From NCBI GenBank assembly GCA_045632645.1, contig JAZQXC010000014.1, forward strand, positions 18,166 to 82,165: a DNA stretch of 64,000 nt, in the 5' to 3' direction. The stretch comes from Alphaproteobacteria bacterium (GTDB lineage: Bacteria; Pseudomonadota; Alphaproteobacteria; RF32; CAG-239). Positions within the stretch are counted from its first letter, which is position 1, and every line of letters starts with the position of its first letter. The translations under genes were made by a program, and so were the position numbers. A model generated the notes under the pieces. That model did not search any database. It had not been told where the DNA came from and saw only the letters and a program-made list of their open reading frames with translations. This document shows positions 31,536 through 41,165 of the stretch, one piece after another.

Positions 31536-32024
31536 ATGCGCATATTAGGCCTAGACCCAAGCATATCATCAACCGGTTGGGGCGTAATAGATGTCGAGGG
31601 GAGCCGTTTGTCTTATAAGGCAGACGGCTTTATTCCAACATCAAACAAATTACCATTATCAGAGCGCTTGCATATTATACATAACGAACTAAAAAAAATA
31701 ATAGAAATATACAAACCAGACGAAGCCTCTATCGAGGTCACATTCTTAAACTCAAATCCCGAAACATCATTAAAGCTAAGTATGGCAAGAGGCGTTGTTT
31801 TTCTAATGCCAGCTCTTTACAATATTCCACTTTATGAATACGAGCCAAACAAAGTAAAAAAAGCTCTAACCGGCGTAGGCAGAGCAGACAAAACCCAAGT
31901 AGAAACAATGGTAAAAATATTGCTTCCTGGAGCAAAACCTCAAAACAATGACTCATCAGACGCTCTAGCTATAGCTATAACTCATGCAAATTTAAGAAAT
32001 TCTTTTAGCTTACAAAAAGTTTAA
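31536..32024 (+). CDS. ruvC: Crossover junction endodeoxyribonuclease RuvC
   Basis: ILGLDPSISSTGWGV start; 162 aa. Confidence 0.9.
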   Translation: MRILGLDPSISSTGWGVIDVEGSRLSYKADGFIPTSNKLPLSERLHIIHNELKKIIEIYKPDEASIEVTFLNSNPETSLKLSMARGVVFLMPALYNIPLYEYEPNKVKKALTGVGRADKTQVETMVKILLPGAKPQNNDSSDALAIAITHANLRNSFSLQKV

Positions 32025-32026
32025 AT

Positions 32027-32056
32027 AAAAGGGGAGACCAAAGTCTCCCTTTTTTA
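32027..32056 (+). terminator. Rho-independent terminator after ruvC
   Basis: AAGGGGAGACcaaaGTCTCCCTT + T6. Confidence 0.85.
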
Positions 32057-32071
32057 TATTTTAACAAAGAT

Positions 32072-32902
32072 CTATCCTCTTTCACCTTGTAGTACAAAAG
32101 GATATATTTTCATATCACTAGTACGAACTTCTTTTGGTTTGTTATGGTATGCATCTAAACTTTGTTTCATTGTTGAATCTTTTTCAGCATCTACAACTTC
32201 GGCAAATCTATCAACCAAACCGTTACAAAATTTAGTAAGCTCAGGATGATTATCTACAATCCTAGAGCAAACATTAACAACCCCCGCATTTGCAGAGCTC
32301 AACTGTATTCCTTTTGATTTTGCAACATTAACAACCTTTTCCATGTGAGAAATAAATTTCTCAGAAAGTCCTCTGTCTTCTATACATAATGTTTCTGCAA
32401 GACCTTCCTTAAATAAATTATCTACACCTTCATCCCTCAAACCGCTTACTGTTAATCTGCCAGCTAGTTCTTCAAAAACGGTTTTTCTATAACTATAGCA
32501 ATAAACACTAGCATCCTTTTCGCAATTTCTATCCCTCTTCATTGCATTATAAAACTCAAGAGCTTTATTATTTAAAGCAAACCCATCCTCTGGTTTTACC
32601 ATTTCAACAACACCCTCAACAACATCTTTGCAGGTCCAAGCAAGCCCAGGATATTGTTTTACTATTTCAGTACATATATCTATCAATTGTGTGTTATTTT
32701 CACTGATTTTGCCTTTATAGTACTTCACGTTTACAAGCTTTTGCCTTATATGCTCAGCAACTCTTTTAGCATCGTCTCCACTCAACAAACCAACATCAGC
32801 TACTTCAAACCCTGTATCATCTTGTGATTTTTGATTTTTATCAAACCCAAAAAATATATTACGCTCTGTTAAACGCTCTATAAAATTATCTGCAAGCTTC
32901 AT
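32072..32902 (-). CDS. Hypothetical repeat protein A (two copies of C-x2-IV-x2-(Y/H)P(G/E)L-x3-C motif), paralog of 32996..33742
   Basis: AAGGAGAGG RBS before ATG of MKLADNF; motifs ICTEIVKQYPGLAWTCKDVV and VCSRIVDNHPELTKFCNGLV. Confidence 0.55.
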   Translation of the reverse strand: MKLADNFIERLTERNIFFGFDKNQKSQDDTGFEVADVGLLSGDDAKRVAEHIRQKLVNVKYYKGKISENNTQLIDICTEIVKQYPGLAWTCKDVVEGVVEMVKPEDGFALNNKALEFYNAMKRDRNCEKDASVYCYSYRKTVFEELAGRLTVSGLRDEGVDNLFKEGLAETLCIEDRGLSEKFISHMEKVVNVAKSKGIQLSSANAGVVNVCSRIVDNHPELTKFCNGLVDRFAEVVDAEKDSTMKQSLDAYHNKPKEVRTSDMKIYPFVLQGERG

Positions 32903-32967
32903 GATCCTCTCCTTTTTTATATAACATAGATAAATAATACCACAAATACACTCCCATGTCAACATAC

Positions 32968-32998
32968 ATAAGAAAGAGGGCTCACGCCCTCTTTCTTA
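32968..32998 (-). terminator. Perfect 12-bp hairpin terminator after repeat protein B
   Basis: AAGAAAGAGGGCtcacGCCCTCTTTCTT. Confidence 0.75.
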
Positions 32999-33742
32999 CA
33001 TTCCCATTCCTATTCCATATCCCATTTCATATTGATAACCATCATCCATTTTATCGCACTTTTCTTTCATTTTTTTTGCTTCTTCCTTAGCCACAAGATT
33101 ATTACTTCTCCTTATTACTATATTACAATATTCTTGAGCTGTTCCAATTATATTATCATCATCAGAATTTAAATCAACAACCTTGCCCACTAATTGATTA
33201 CATTTTTCAGCCAACTCAGGGTGTCTAGATACAATTTTTTTACAATTTTCCACTATTGCATTTCCATAATAACCATTCTGACCTATTCCTTCATATAACT
33301 TATCTGTATATGCAACATATCGCTCTGCAACATCTTTATCTTCCAAACCAACCACACCATATGCATACGCCTTATCTCTTTCAGAAGAAAGCATGCCACA
33401 TAATTTTTTACGACTTATAAGCATCTTTTTTGCTTCAGATACATTAAAACCACCACTATTACCAATCTCAGCATATACAGCTAACATACTTCTTGCAAAG
33501 AAATTTTCCTCTTCTTCTGTTCCTCCAGCATTCATTTCTCCATATCTTACTAGCTTCTCTGCTACATTATAAATATCTTTAGGATTACAACTTTTATCCT
33601 TACTTACATTATATAAATCACAAGCCACTCCCCAAAGTTCACCATAAGAAAATTCTTCTCCTTTAATTTCTTTTGCATGAAAAAGTGTTACTTTTCTCTC
33701 TACATCTTCTAAACTAGTCATAGATCTATCTCCAAAACTCAA
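32996..33742 (-). CDS. Hypothetical repeat protein B (paralog of A; motif ENCKKIVSRHPELAEKCNQLV)
   Basis: Shares HPEL / Cys-pair motif with neighbour; 248 aa; ends in G/M/Y-rich tail. Confidence 0.55.
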   Translation of the reverse strand: MSFGDRSMTSLEDVERKVTLFHAKEIKGEEFSYGELWGVACDLYNVSKDKSCNPKDIYNVAEKLVRYGEMNAGGTEEEENFFARSMLAVYAEIGNSGGFNVSEAKKMLISRKKLCGMLSSERDKAYAYGVVGLEDKDVAERYVAYTDKLYEGIGQNGYYGNAIVENCKKIVSRHPELAEKCNQLVGKVVDLNSDDDNIIGTAQEYCNIVIRRSNNLVAKEEAKKMKEKCDKMDDGYQYEMGYGIGMGM

Positions 33743-33784
33743 AATTCATAGATTATAATACACTTTCCGCCCAACATTGTCAAA

Positions 33785-33813
33785 TATAAAAAAAGAGGGC
33801 TCATCGCCCCCTT
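33785..33813 (-). terminator. Rho-independent terminator after cyclophilin gene
   Basis: Minus-strand AGGGGGCgaugaGCCCUCU + U7; core resembles terminator at 32968. Confidence 0.8.
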
Positions 33814-33817
33814 ATTT

Positions 33818-34489
33818 TTACATATCAGCAACAACTTCCATGCTAACTATAATATCTGGATCATGAACCATACCATTATAGCCACCGCCTTTTTTGATAT
33901 TATCAACATATTCCATACCGCTTACAACCCTACCCCAAACAGTATATTGTCCATCTAAGTGTGGAGCATCATCAAAACAAATAAAGAATTGGCTATCAGC
34001 AGAATCAGGATGCATAGCTCTTGCCATAGAAACTGTACCACGAGTATGAGGAACTCTATTAAATTCTGCTTTTAATTTTTTACCACTTCCACCAGTACCT
34101 GTTCCTAAAGGACAACCTGTCTGCGCCATAAAACCATCAATAACTCTATGGAACTTCAAACCATTATAAAAACCTTCTCTAACTAATTCCTTGATTCTAG
34201 CCACATGATTTGGCGCAACATCTGGCAACATTTCAATCACAACTTCACCATCTTTTAATTTTAAAACCAATGCATTTTCTTGGTCTTTCACATCATAAGA
34301 ATGTTTCATTTTCTTTCCCCTTGTTTCACTTATTTCTAATTTTTTAGTTTCTTCTGCTGTAATACTTTTTGTATCACTTTTTTCCAAAACTTTTGTTTCA
34401 CTCTTAGCTAAAACATTTCCCATCATAAAACCCTTTGCAACAAAAATTAAAACTAAAGCTAAAATTATATTTAGGAATTTATTTCTCAT
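33818..34489 (-). CDS. ppiB: Periplasmic cyclophilin-type peptidyl-prolyl cis-trans isomerase
   Basis: Signal peptide; cyclophilin motifs FHRVIDGFMAQTG...GTVSMA...SQFFI. Confidence 0.85.
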   Translation of the reverse strand: MRNKFLNIILALVLIFVAKGFMMGNVLAKSETKVLEKSDTKSITAEETKKLEISETRGKKMKHSYDVKDQENALVLKLKDGEVVIEMLPDVAPNHVARIKELVREGFYNGLKFHRVIDGFMAQTGCPLGTGTGGSGKKLKAEFNRVPHTRGTVSMARAMHPDSADSQFFICFDDAPHLDGQYTVWGRVVSGMEYVDNIKKGGGYNGMVHDPDIIVSMEVVADM

Positions 34490-35423
34490 TATTCAACACC
34501 CAATCAATACGTTCATTTGCTGTTAAACCTTGAGGATAAGAATCTATTTCTTTCAACCTATCCCTTAAACCCACTCCGTTAGCAATTTGTATTGCAAGCC
34601 CTGGTCTTGCATTTATTTCCAACATCATAGGACCTCTTTCCTTATCAAGCACAATATCCGCGCCCAAATAACCAAGACCGGTCATATCATACGCCATTGC
34701 CCCAATAAGAAGATGTTCTCTCCAAAAAGGAACCTTTAAATCCATAAGATTTGCCCCAGTATCAGGATGATGTGTAACCTGTTTATTATGCATAACCGCA
34801 TTAAGCGTTTTACCTGTTTTTACATCTAATCCAACACCAACCGCACCTTGATGAAGATTTGCTCTACCACCAGACTCTTTTGTAGCCAACCTCATCATAA
34901 CCATCGCCGGATATCCTTTATAAACAATCACTCTAACATCAGGCACACCGCGATAACTAAAATCCTTAAATACCTTACTAAAATTAACCGTCTCTTCAAT
35001 CAAAGCAACATCATATTTACCGCCAAGACTAAACAAACCACTCAAGGTATTTGATATATGTTGATAAACATCTTCAAAACTTAACACATCACCAGATGCA
35101 TTTATAAACTCATTTCCATTATACTCTTTTATAACCAAAACACCCTTACCACCACTGCCATGCGCCGGTTTAATAACAAATGTTTTATGCCCTTTTATAA
35201 TATCTAATAGGTTTTTCACCTGATATTGATGCTCAATAATACCAATCATTTTTGGTGTATTAATATTTACACTATTAGCCAAGCGTTTTGTTTTTACTTT
35301 ATCATCAACAAGGGTATATAAAGAGCGCTTATTTTGTTTTGCAATCACATCATAATTGCGCCGGTTCATACCTAGAACACCATTTTTGCTTAACTCTTTT
35401 GCTATTTTAAACCATTTAAACAT
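34479..35423 (-). CDS. ATP-grasp enzyme, RimK-related alpha-L-glutamate ligase-like family
   Basis: GAGGA RBS before MFKWF; N-terminal GVLGMNRRN, ATP-grasp KPAHGSGGKGVLVI; start overlaps upstream gene by 8 nt. Confidence 0.7.
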   Translation of the reverse strand: MFKWFKIAKELSKNGVLGMNRRNYDVIAKQNKRSLYTLVDDKVKTKRLANSVNINTPKMIGIIEHQYQVKNLLDIIKGHKTFVIKPAHGSGGKGVLVIKEYNGNEFINASGDVLSFEDVYQHISNTLSGLFSLGGKYDVALIEETVNFSKVFKDFSYRGVPDVRVIVYKGYPAMVMMRLATKESGGRANLHQGAVGVGLDVKTGKTLNAVMHNKQVTHHPDTGANLMDLKVPFWREHLLIGAMAYDMTGLGYLGADIVLDKERGPMMLEINARPGLAIQIANGVGLRDRLKEIDSYPQGLTANERIDWVLNNEK

Positions 35424-36972
35424 TTGTATTTTCCTCATTTTTAACAAGAGGAGCAAAACGCATAAGTTCTGTTAATCTATATCCAGTATATGTACCCAAA
35501 AGCATAACAACAAACATTATAACGATATTAAATTCATTAAATGCAAACATAACATGGCGCACATATTCATTACTAACCACCACATAAGTAATAAGAGCCG
35601 TCAATACAGTATTAAATATCTCTTTAATAGTATTTTTAGCTCCTTCTTCTTCCCATGTAATTGATGCGCGCTCAATAATCCACGCTGTAATAATTATAGG
35701 AAAGAAAATAGCCGAGCTAATAATGTGATAATCAGCTCTATACCCAATAACTGTAAGCACTTGTATTAGTAAAATAACAAAAATCACCACAAACGAAATT
35801 CTAGGAACTAAAAGCAAATTAAGTCTAGCAACAACAGCTCTCATCAAAAGCCCTAAAAATATCATTATAGAAAAACAAACCACACCTGAAACAAGCCCTG
35901 TTTTAACAAGCGACATAGCAAGCAACATTGGTGTAAATGTTCCCATCGTAGAAACACCAATAACATTTCTCATCAAAACAACCATCAAAATAGCTAAAGG
36001 GAAAATCATTAACCACTTTAATGTATTTTGCTCTAATATAGGCAAAGAATATACGCTATATTCATAAGGAATAAGTAGTTTATGATCTCTAGCCTTATGC
36101 TCAGCCATTTTTTCAGGAGTTGTTACAGATTTTAACACAGAGAACATAACTTTAGAATCTTCGCCACCACGAACATCTAACAAAGAAACACCACCACGCT
36201 GGAAAACAACCAAGTTTTTGGCAAGACCAATATTGGCAGTATTCAAATCATATATTTTCCACTCATCATCTAAAAACGCCTCAAGCATAATATCTGGCTT
36301 TTCGGTTTTCTTACCTTCTTCAAGTTTAATAACTCTAACAATTCTAGCAGGAATTCTTTTATACGATAAAACATTGATAATCTTCTCTGCAAATTCTTTA
36401 GGGGTATAATTTAAAGGAATAATCAAGCTCATAGAAGGATTAATTACCTCCTTATTTAAAGCATTAATAATCTTTTGAACCTTATTTCCTTCATACAAAT
36501 GAGCCAACTCCCAAAGTTTACTCATTTGCCCTTTCTCTTCTTCGTTAAGTATTGGTCTTTCAATTTCTATAGGCTTCATTTCATCGCCTTTAACTTCATC
36601 AACATCATCATAAATGCTAAAGCGATAATAAAGATTTTGTTTTCCCTTCTTGTTTTTACCCTTAAAAACTATTCTGTTATTTATTTTATCGTGCTCAACA
36701 GCATAGTTTTTAGCAACAAATTCTTCGCTTAAGATTTTAAAGCTATAATTTGTTGTGGGAACACTAAGTCCAACCTCAACATCTCCACCCAACGCTCTAA
36801 AAGACACTTTCGCATCAATAGTCCAAACATCTGTAACTGCTTTGGGAGAAAACGTAAAACCCCAATATTTTATCTTATAATAACAGCAAGCAGAAGCATA
36901 CCACAAAGATAAAACAAGCAATAAAAACAATACTTTTCTAACACTAAAAAATTCAAAACCACTTTTTATCAT
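35416..36972 (-). CDS. Inactive-transglutaminase-like soluble domain fused to 7 TM helices
   Basis: 518 aa: N-terminal signal/anchor, about 300 aa soluble domain, then 7 hydrophobic helices. Confidence 0.65.
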   Translation of the reverse strand: MIKSGFEFFSVRKVLFLLLVLSLWYASACCYYKIKYWGFTFSPKAVTDVWTIDAKVSFRALGGDVEVGLSVPTTNYSFKILSEEFVAKNYAVEHDKINNRIVFKGKNKKGKQNLYYRFSIYDDVDEVKGDEMKPIEIERPILNEEEKGQMSKLWELAHLYEGNKVQKIINALNKEVINPSMSLIIPLNYTPKEFAEKIINVLSYKRIPARIVRVIKLEEGKKTEKPDIMLEAFLDDEWKIYDLNTANIGLAKNLVVFQRGGVSLLDVRGGEDSKVMFSVLKSVTTPEKMAEHKARDHKLLIPYEYSVYSLPILEQNTLKWLMIFPLAILMVVLMRNVIGVSTMGTFTPMLLAMSLVKTGLVSGVVCFSIMIFLGLLMRAVVARLNLLLVPRISFVVIFVILLIQVLTVIGYRADYHIISSAIFFPIIITAWIIERASITWEEEGAKNTIKEIFNTVLTALITYVVVSNEYVRHVMFAFNEFNIVIMFVVMLLGTYTGYRLTELMRFAPLVKNEENTNV

Positions 36973-36981
36973 ATTAAGTCC

Positions 36982-37527
36982 CTAATTTAAGGTATAAGAA
37001 GTTGATGTATCAACAATATATCTACCTGTTAAAATATTACGCCCAATCAACCCTTGATAATCAAATTGTCTTCTATCTGCAATAGAAAATACCGCACTAA
37101 AAACTTCTTTACCAAGTTTTACATCCATCTTAACAGCTCTTCTTCTTTCATCTTCACCCATTCTTTTAACCTTAAAAGAACGCTCAACTTTTTTTTCAAA
37201 AACATGCTCTTCGCCTGTTTTACGATTTTTTAATTTAAAAGAAACCCACTTTTCACCATCGCGTTCAAAATATTCAACATCATCACAATCAATAGATGAT
37301 GTTGTAGCACCCGTATCAATTCTAGCTAAAAACGGAGTTTTCATGGGCAAAAAATAAATAGGCTCAACCTCTCCAATAATAGGAAGATGAGCCTTTTCAA
37401 TAACAACCTCTTTCTTTGTTGTGTTAACATTATGCACAACAGCAGGAACAATTACTTGCTTTGTATGACAAGCAGAAACCAAAACCACAACCACTAATAC
37501 AACCACTAATATAAAAAACTTATGCAT
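36982..37527 (-). CDS. Lipoprotein retropepsin-like (clan AA, DTGA) aspartic protease ('putative ATP-dependent zinc protease' family)
   Basis: Lipobox VSAC; ARIDTGATTSSID aspartic protease signature. Confidence 0.7.
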   Translation of the reverse strand: MHKFFILVVVLVVVVLVSACHTKQVIVPAVVHNVNTTKKEVVIEKAHLPIIGEVEPIYFLPMKTPFLARIDTGATTSSIDCDDVEYFERDGEKWVSFKLKNRKTGEEHVFEKKVERSFKVKRMGEDERRRAVKMDVKLGKEVFSAVFSIADRRQFDYQGLIGRNILTGRYIVDTSTSYTLN

Positions 37528-37679
37528 TTACTTTTAAAACCTTTTAATATTTCACAGATATTTCTGCATAAATATATCTCTAAAATATATAACAAACATC
37601 AAGAAAATAACACTAATGCACAATGTTTTTACATAATGATAGAATGTATATTGTATAACGATGTATTTAAACGTTGTAT

Positions 37680-38825
37680 TTAAAACATTACCGTCGCTCT
37701 CAAACTTGTAGCAAAACCATAATTAGATTTTTGATTTAGCGCAGGATTGATATAGAGTTGAACATCAGGAGTTACAACAACCATATCTCCAATACCAAAA
37801 GACCAAAAAGCTTCAACTACCTGTTCTGCCTTATGATTTACTTTTTCACCAACAGCTTTTTCATCAATTTTATTATAAGCATACGCCAAACCAATCTGAT
37901 CTAAAGGGTTCCTGTCAAACGGATTGTTATAAACACCCCCCAGCACCCAAGATTGCCTGATTTCCTCAACATCACCACTAGTTTCATTTACTCTTGCAAA
38001 AACACTAAGTTTTTCACCAATATTTTGTGATAAATTCAAAGACCAACCATTTGTTGTTTGGGGTTGTTCTTTAACCCAAGGTTGATTATACACTAACAAA
38101 GAAACCTCCGCATCTCCCAAACCTTTAATTGTTGGCGTATAAGCCACATACCCAAATGTTGTATAATGCTCATCACTCAGATCATTAAATCTAATACTAG
38201 GCGCATCAACATTTGTTCCATCTTGCCCACCAAAAGCTATTGTCCAATTATCATTAGGATTTATCTGAGCATACACACCAACCCCTGCTTGCGTATATGA
38301 TGCAGATGCATTTTGTGATAACGACTCATTTAAGAAATTAATTTGTTGGTTAGCATCATAATCTGTTCCATCAAAATTATAAATAGGAAATTGCCCCACC
38401 CCAAAAGTTAGCCAATTATATTTCCCACCAAATTGATATGTATAATAAAGCTCATTAAACTCATTTTCTCCACTTGCATAATCATTTATCGGTGTAACAA
38501 AACCAGAGTTATTTGCTAAATCATTAGCATTATGATTACCATATCTAATAACCGTATACGCAAAATTTAGCGTACCAACCCCATTTTTGTTATTAAACAT
38601 TTCCCATGTAAATGATGGATATAAATATCCCTGAACAGCGTTATGTTTTCCACTTGGCGCACTTCTTTGCTCCAAAATAGAAACATCAACACTATAATCA
38701 AAGCCATATTTTTTATTTAATCTATTTTTAAAATCTTGATAATTATCAAAAACACCTTGAGCTTTAGCCAAATTACCACTCAAAGATGCTATTAAGAAAA
38801 ACAAAAAAACAATATTTTTTTTCAT
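37680..38825 (-). CDS. Outer-membrane beta-barrel porin (OprB-like carbohydrate porin suggested)
   Basis: Signal peptide MKKNIVFLFFLIASLSGNLAKA/Q, 381 aa, C-terminal ...LRATVMF. Confidence 0.55.
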   Translation of the reverse strand: MKKNIVFLFFLIASLSGNLAKAQGVFDNYQDFKNRLNKKYGFDYSVDVSILEQRSAPSGKHNAVQGYLYPSFTWEMFNNKNGVGTLNFAYTVIRYGNHNANDLANNSGFVTPINDYASGENEFNELYYTYQFGGKYNWLTFGVGQFPIYNFDGTDYDANQQINFLNESLSQNASASYTQAGVGVYAQINPNDNWTIAFGGQDGTNVDAPSIRFNDLSDEHYTTFGYVAYTPTIKGLGDAEVSLLVYNQPWVKEQPQTTNGWSLNLSQNIGEKLSVFARVNETSGDVEEIRQSWVLGGVYNNPFDRNPLDQIGLAYAYNKIDEKAVGEKVNHKAEQVVEAFWSFGIGDMVVVTPDVQLYINPALNQKSNYGFATSLRATVMF

Positions 38826-38960
38826 ATCTACACCTTTAGAATATTAAACCTTACCAAAACATAATATCTAAAATCACGAAAAAAAGGGGGTATACAAAAA
38901 AAGCTCTTGAATAGTAAAGTTAATTTTTATAAAATCCAAATATCAACAAAGGATTTATAG

Positions 38961-39617
38961 ATGATAGCGAAATTAAAAGGCATTATAGATAACATCGGCG
39001 AAGACTGTTGCATCATAGATGTAAACGGCGTCGGATACCTCGTTAATATGTCTTCAAAAACTCTCTCAAAACTCTCTCAAGGAGAATATACAACACTTCT
39101 TATAGAAACAGTTATAAAAGAAGACAGCATAACACTCTTTGGCTTTCAATCCCCTTGGGAAAAAGAGTGGTTTAACACGCTTACAAAAATTCAAGGCGTT
39201 GGTGGAAAGGTTTGCTTAGCAATTTTAAGTGCCTTGAGTCCAGCAGAATTATCGCAAGCCATTTCTGCTCAAGATAAAACACCATTCCAAAGAGCATCTG
39301 GTGTTGGACCAAAGCTTGCAACAAGATTGGTTACCGAATTAAAAGATAAAATAGTAACAATTCCTGTTGAATATCTATCATCAACTAATTTAAACACTGT
39401 ATTTAAAGGCGAAAAAGAACAAACAGAACAACCAATAGCTTTAGAGCCACAAACAGATGAAACATACTCCAAAACAGAAGATTTAACATCTGCTCTAACA
39501 AACTTAGGATATCAAAAAATTGATGCTTATCGAGTAGCTTCATCTATTTGTCTACAAAATAAAGATGCAGATATAGGAACTCTAATTCGTTTAGCACTAA
39601 AAGAATTTAACAAATAG
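38961..39617 (+). CDS. ruvA: Holliday junction DNA helicase RuvA
   Basis: MIAKLKGII start, HhH motifs; 218 aa. Confidence 0.9.
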   Translation: MIAKLKGIIDNIGEDCCIIDVNGVGYLVNMSSKTLSKLSQGEYTTLLIETVIKEDSITLFGFQSPWEKEWFNTLTKIQGVGGKVCLAILSALSPAELSQAISAQDKTPFQRASGVGPKLATRLVTELKDKIVTIPVEYLSSTNLNTVFKGEKEQTEQPIALEPQTDETYSKTEDLTSALTNLGYQKIDAYRVASSICLQNKDADIGTLIRLALKEFNK

Positions 39618-39625
39618 GAGAAAAA

Positions 39626-40681
39626 ATGCAAAACAATCAAGAAAGACTCTTAAGCGCACAAAAACTTTCAATAGATGAAGCAAATTCTCCTATTGCAATA
39701 AATCTAAGACCTTCAAGCTTAGATGAATTTGTCGGACAAGACAAGGTATGTCAAAACCTAAAAGTGTTTATCCAATCAGCAAAACAAAGGGGTGAGGTTT
39801 TAGACCATGTTCTATTATATGGCCCCCCAGGACTTGGTAAAACAACCTTATCGAATATAATATCAAAAGAGCTTGGTGTTGGTTTTAAGGCAACATCTGC
39901 TCCAATGATTACCAAATCAGGCGACCTTGCTGCAATTTTAACAAATCTAGAAGCAAAAGACGTCTTATTTATTGATGAAATACATCGCCTAAATCCTGCA
40001 ATAGAAGAGGTTTTGTATTCCGCAATGGAAGATTTTCAACTAGATATAATCATTGGTGAAGGTCCATCAGCACGCTCAGTAAAAATCGATCTACAACCAT
40101 TCACGCTGGTTGGCGCAACCACCCGTTCTGGCTTAGTATCCACCCCTCTTCGTGAAAGATTTGGTATTCCATTAAGAATGGATTTTTATAATCATGAAGA
40201 CCTAAAAAAGATTGTAAAACGTGGCGCTAAATTATTAAATATGCCCATTTCTGATGACGGAGCAATGGAGGTTGCAAAACGCTCAAGAGGAACCCCTCGA
40301 ATTGCTGGAAGACTATTAAAAAGAGTAAGAGATTTTGGTGCTGTTGCTGGCAATATTGAAATAGATTCAAACATAGCCGACAAAGCTTTAAGCCTCTTAG
40401 ATGTTGACCCATATGGTTTGGATGAATTTGATAGAAGATATCTAAATTGTATAGCAAAAAACTATGGTGGCGGTCCTGTTGGCGCAGACACTCTTGCAGC
40501 GGCCCTATCCGAAGAAAGAGACACCATAGAAGAAGTAATAGAACCATATTTACTAAAACTTGGCTTTTTACAAAGAACACCAAGAGGAAGAGTTCTCTCC
40601 GAACAAGGTTGTAAATATTTAGGAGTAAAAACCTCCAAAACAAGCAATCAAATTAGTTTTATAGATGATTTAGGATTTTAA
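39626..40681 (+). CDS. ruvB: Holliday junction DNA helicase RuvB
   Basis: [13 protein letters not shown] Walker A, AAA+; 351 aa. Confidence 0.95.
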   Translation: MQNNQERLLSAQKLSIDEANSPIAINLRPSSLDEFVGQDKVCQNLKVFIQSAKQRGEVLDHVLLYGPPGLGKTTLSNIISKELGVGFKATSAPMITKSGDLAAILTNLEAKDVLFIDEIHRLNPAIEEVLYSAMEDFQLDIIIGEGPSARSVKIDLQPFTLVGATTRSGLVSTPLRERFGIPLRMDFYNHEDLKKIVKRGAKLLNMPISDDGAMEVAKRSRGTPRIAGRLLKRVRDFGAVAGNIEIDSNIADKALSLLDVDPYGLDEFDRRYLNCIAKNYGGGPVGADTLAAALSEERDTIEEVIEPYLLKLGFLQRTPRGRVLSEQGCKYLGVKTSKTSNQISFIDDLGF

Positions 40682-40683
40682 AC

Positions 40684-41118
40684 ATGACATACGAAACACC
40701 AACCATTAAAGGGCAATTATTCGAAGATAAAACATTCTCATTTCCTGTTCGTGTATATTATGAAGATACCGATGCTGGTGGCATAGTATATTACGCAAAT
40801 TACCTAAAATTTGCAGAAAGAGCCAGAACAGAATTTTTACGTCATATCGGAAAAAATCAAGATGAAATGTTAAAACAACAGGGGCTAGGTTTTGTGGTAA
40901 GAGAGTGCCATATAAACTATAAAACTCCAGCCAAATTAGATGATGCTTTAAATGTTACATGTAGGGTCACAGAATTAAGAGGTGCCTCACTAAAAATGGA
41001 ACAAAAAATATACAGACAAGACACTGTTCTTTGCGAGGTAGAAATAGGTTTAGTTTTCTTAAATATTGCAACAATGCGCCCAACAAAAATACCGCCAGAA
41101 ATAGCTCAAACATTTTAA
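40684..41118 (+). CDS. ybgC: Acyl-CoA thioesterase YbgC (4HBT family)
   Basis: VYYEDTDAGGIVYYANYLKF hotdog motif; 144 aa. Confidence 0.85.
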   Translation: MTYETPTIKGQLFEDKTFSFPVRVYYEDTDAGGIVYYANYLKFAERARTEFLRHIGKNQDEMLKQQGLGFVVRECHINYKTPAKLDDALNVTCRVTELRGASLKMEQKIYRQDTVLCEVEIGLVFLNIATMRPTKIPPEIAQTF

Positions 41119-41126
41119 TATACAAA

Positions 41127-41155
41127 AAGCCCAATCAAATATGGGCTTTTATTTT
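41127..41155. terminator. Bidirectional terminator between convergent ybgC and lptF/G
   Basis: AGCCCAatcaaataTGGGCT flanked by A/T runs. Confidence 0.75.
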
Positions 41156-41165
41156 TAGCAAAATT

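Noticed and set aside
32903-32965. Longer start (MLTWECICG...) for repeat protein A
   Set aside because: The extension runs through the upstream gene's terminator hairpin. A strong AAGGAGAGG RBS precedes the internal ATG of MKLADNF.
36982-37527. Zinc metalloprotease annotation ('ATP-dependent zinc protease')
   Set aside because: The sequence shows a DTGA aspartic-protease signature and no HExxH motif. The family's historical name is misleading.
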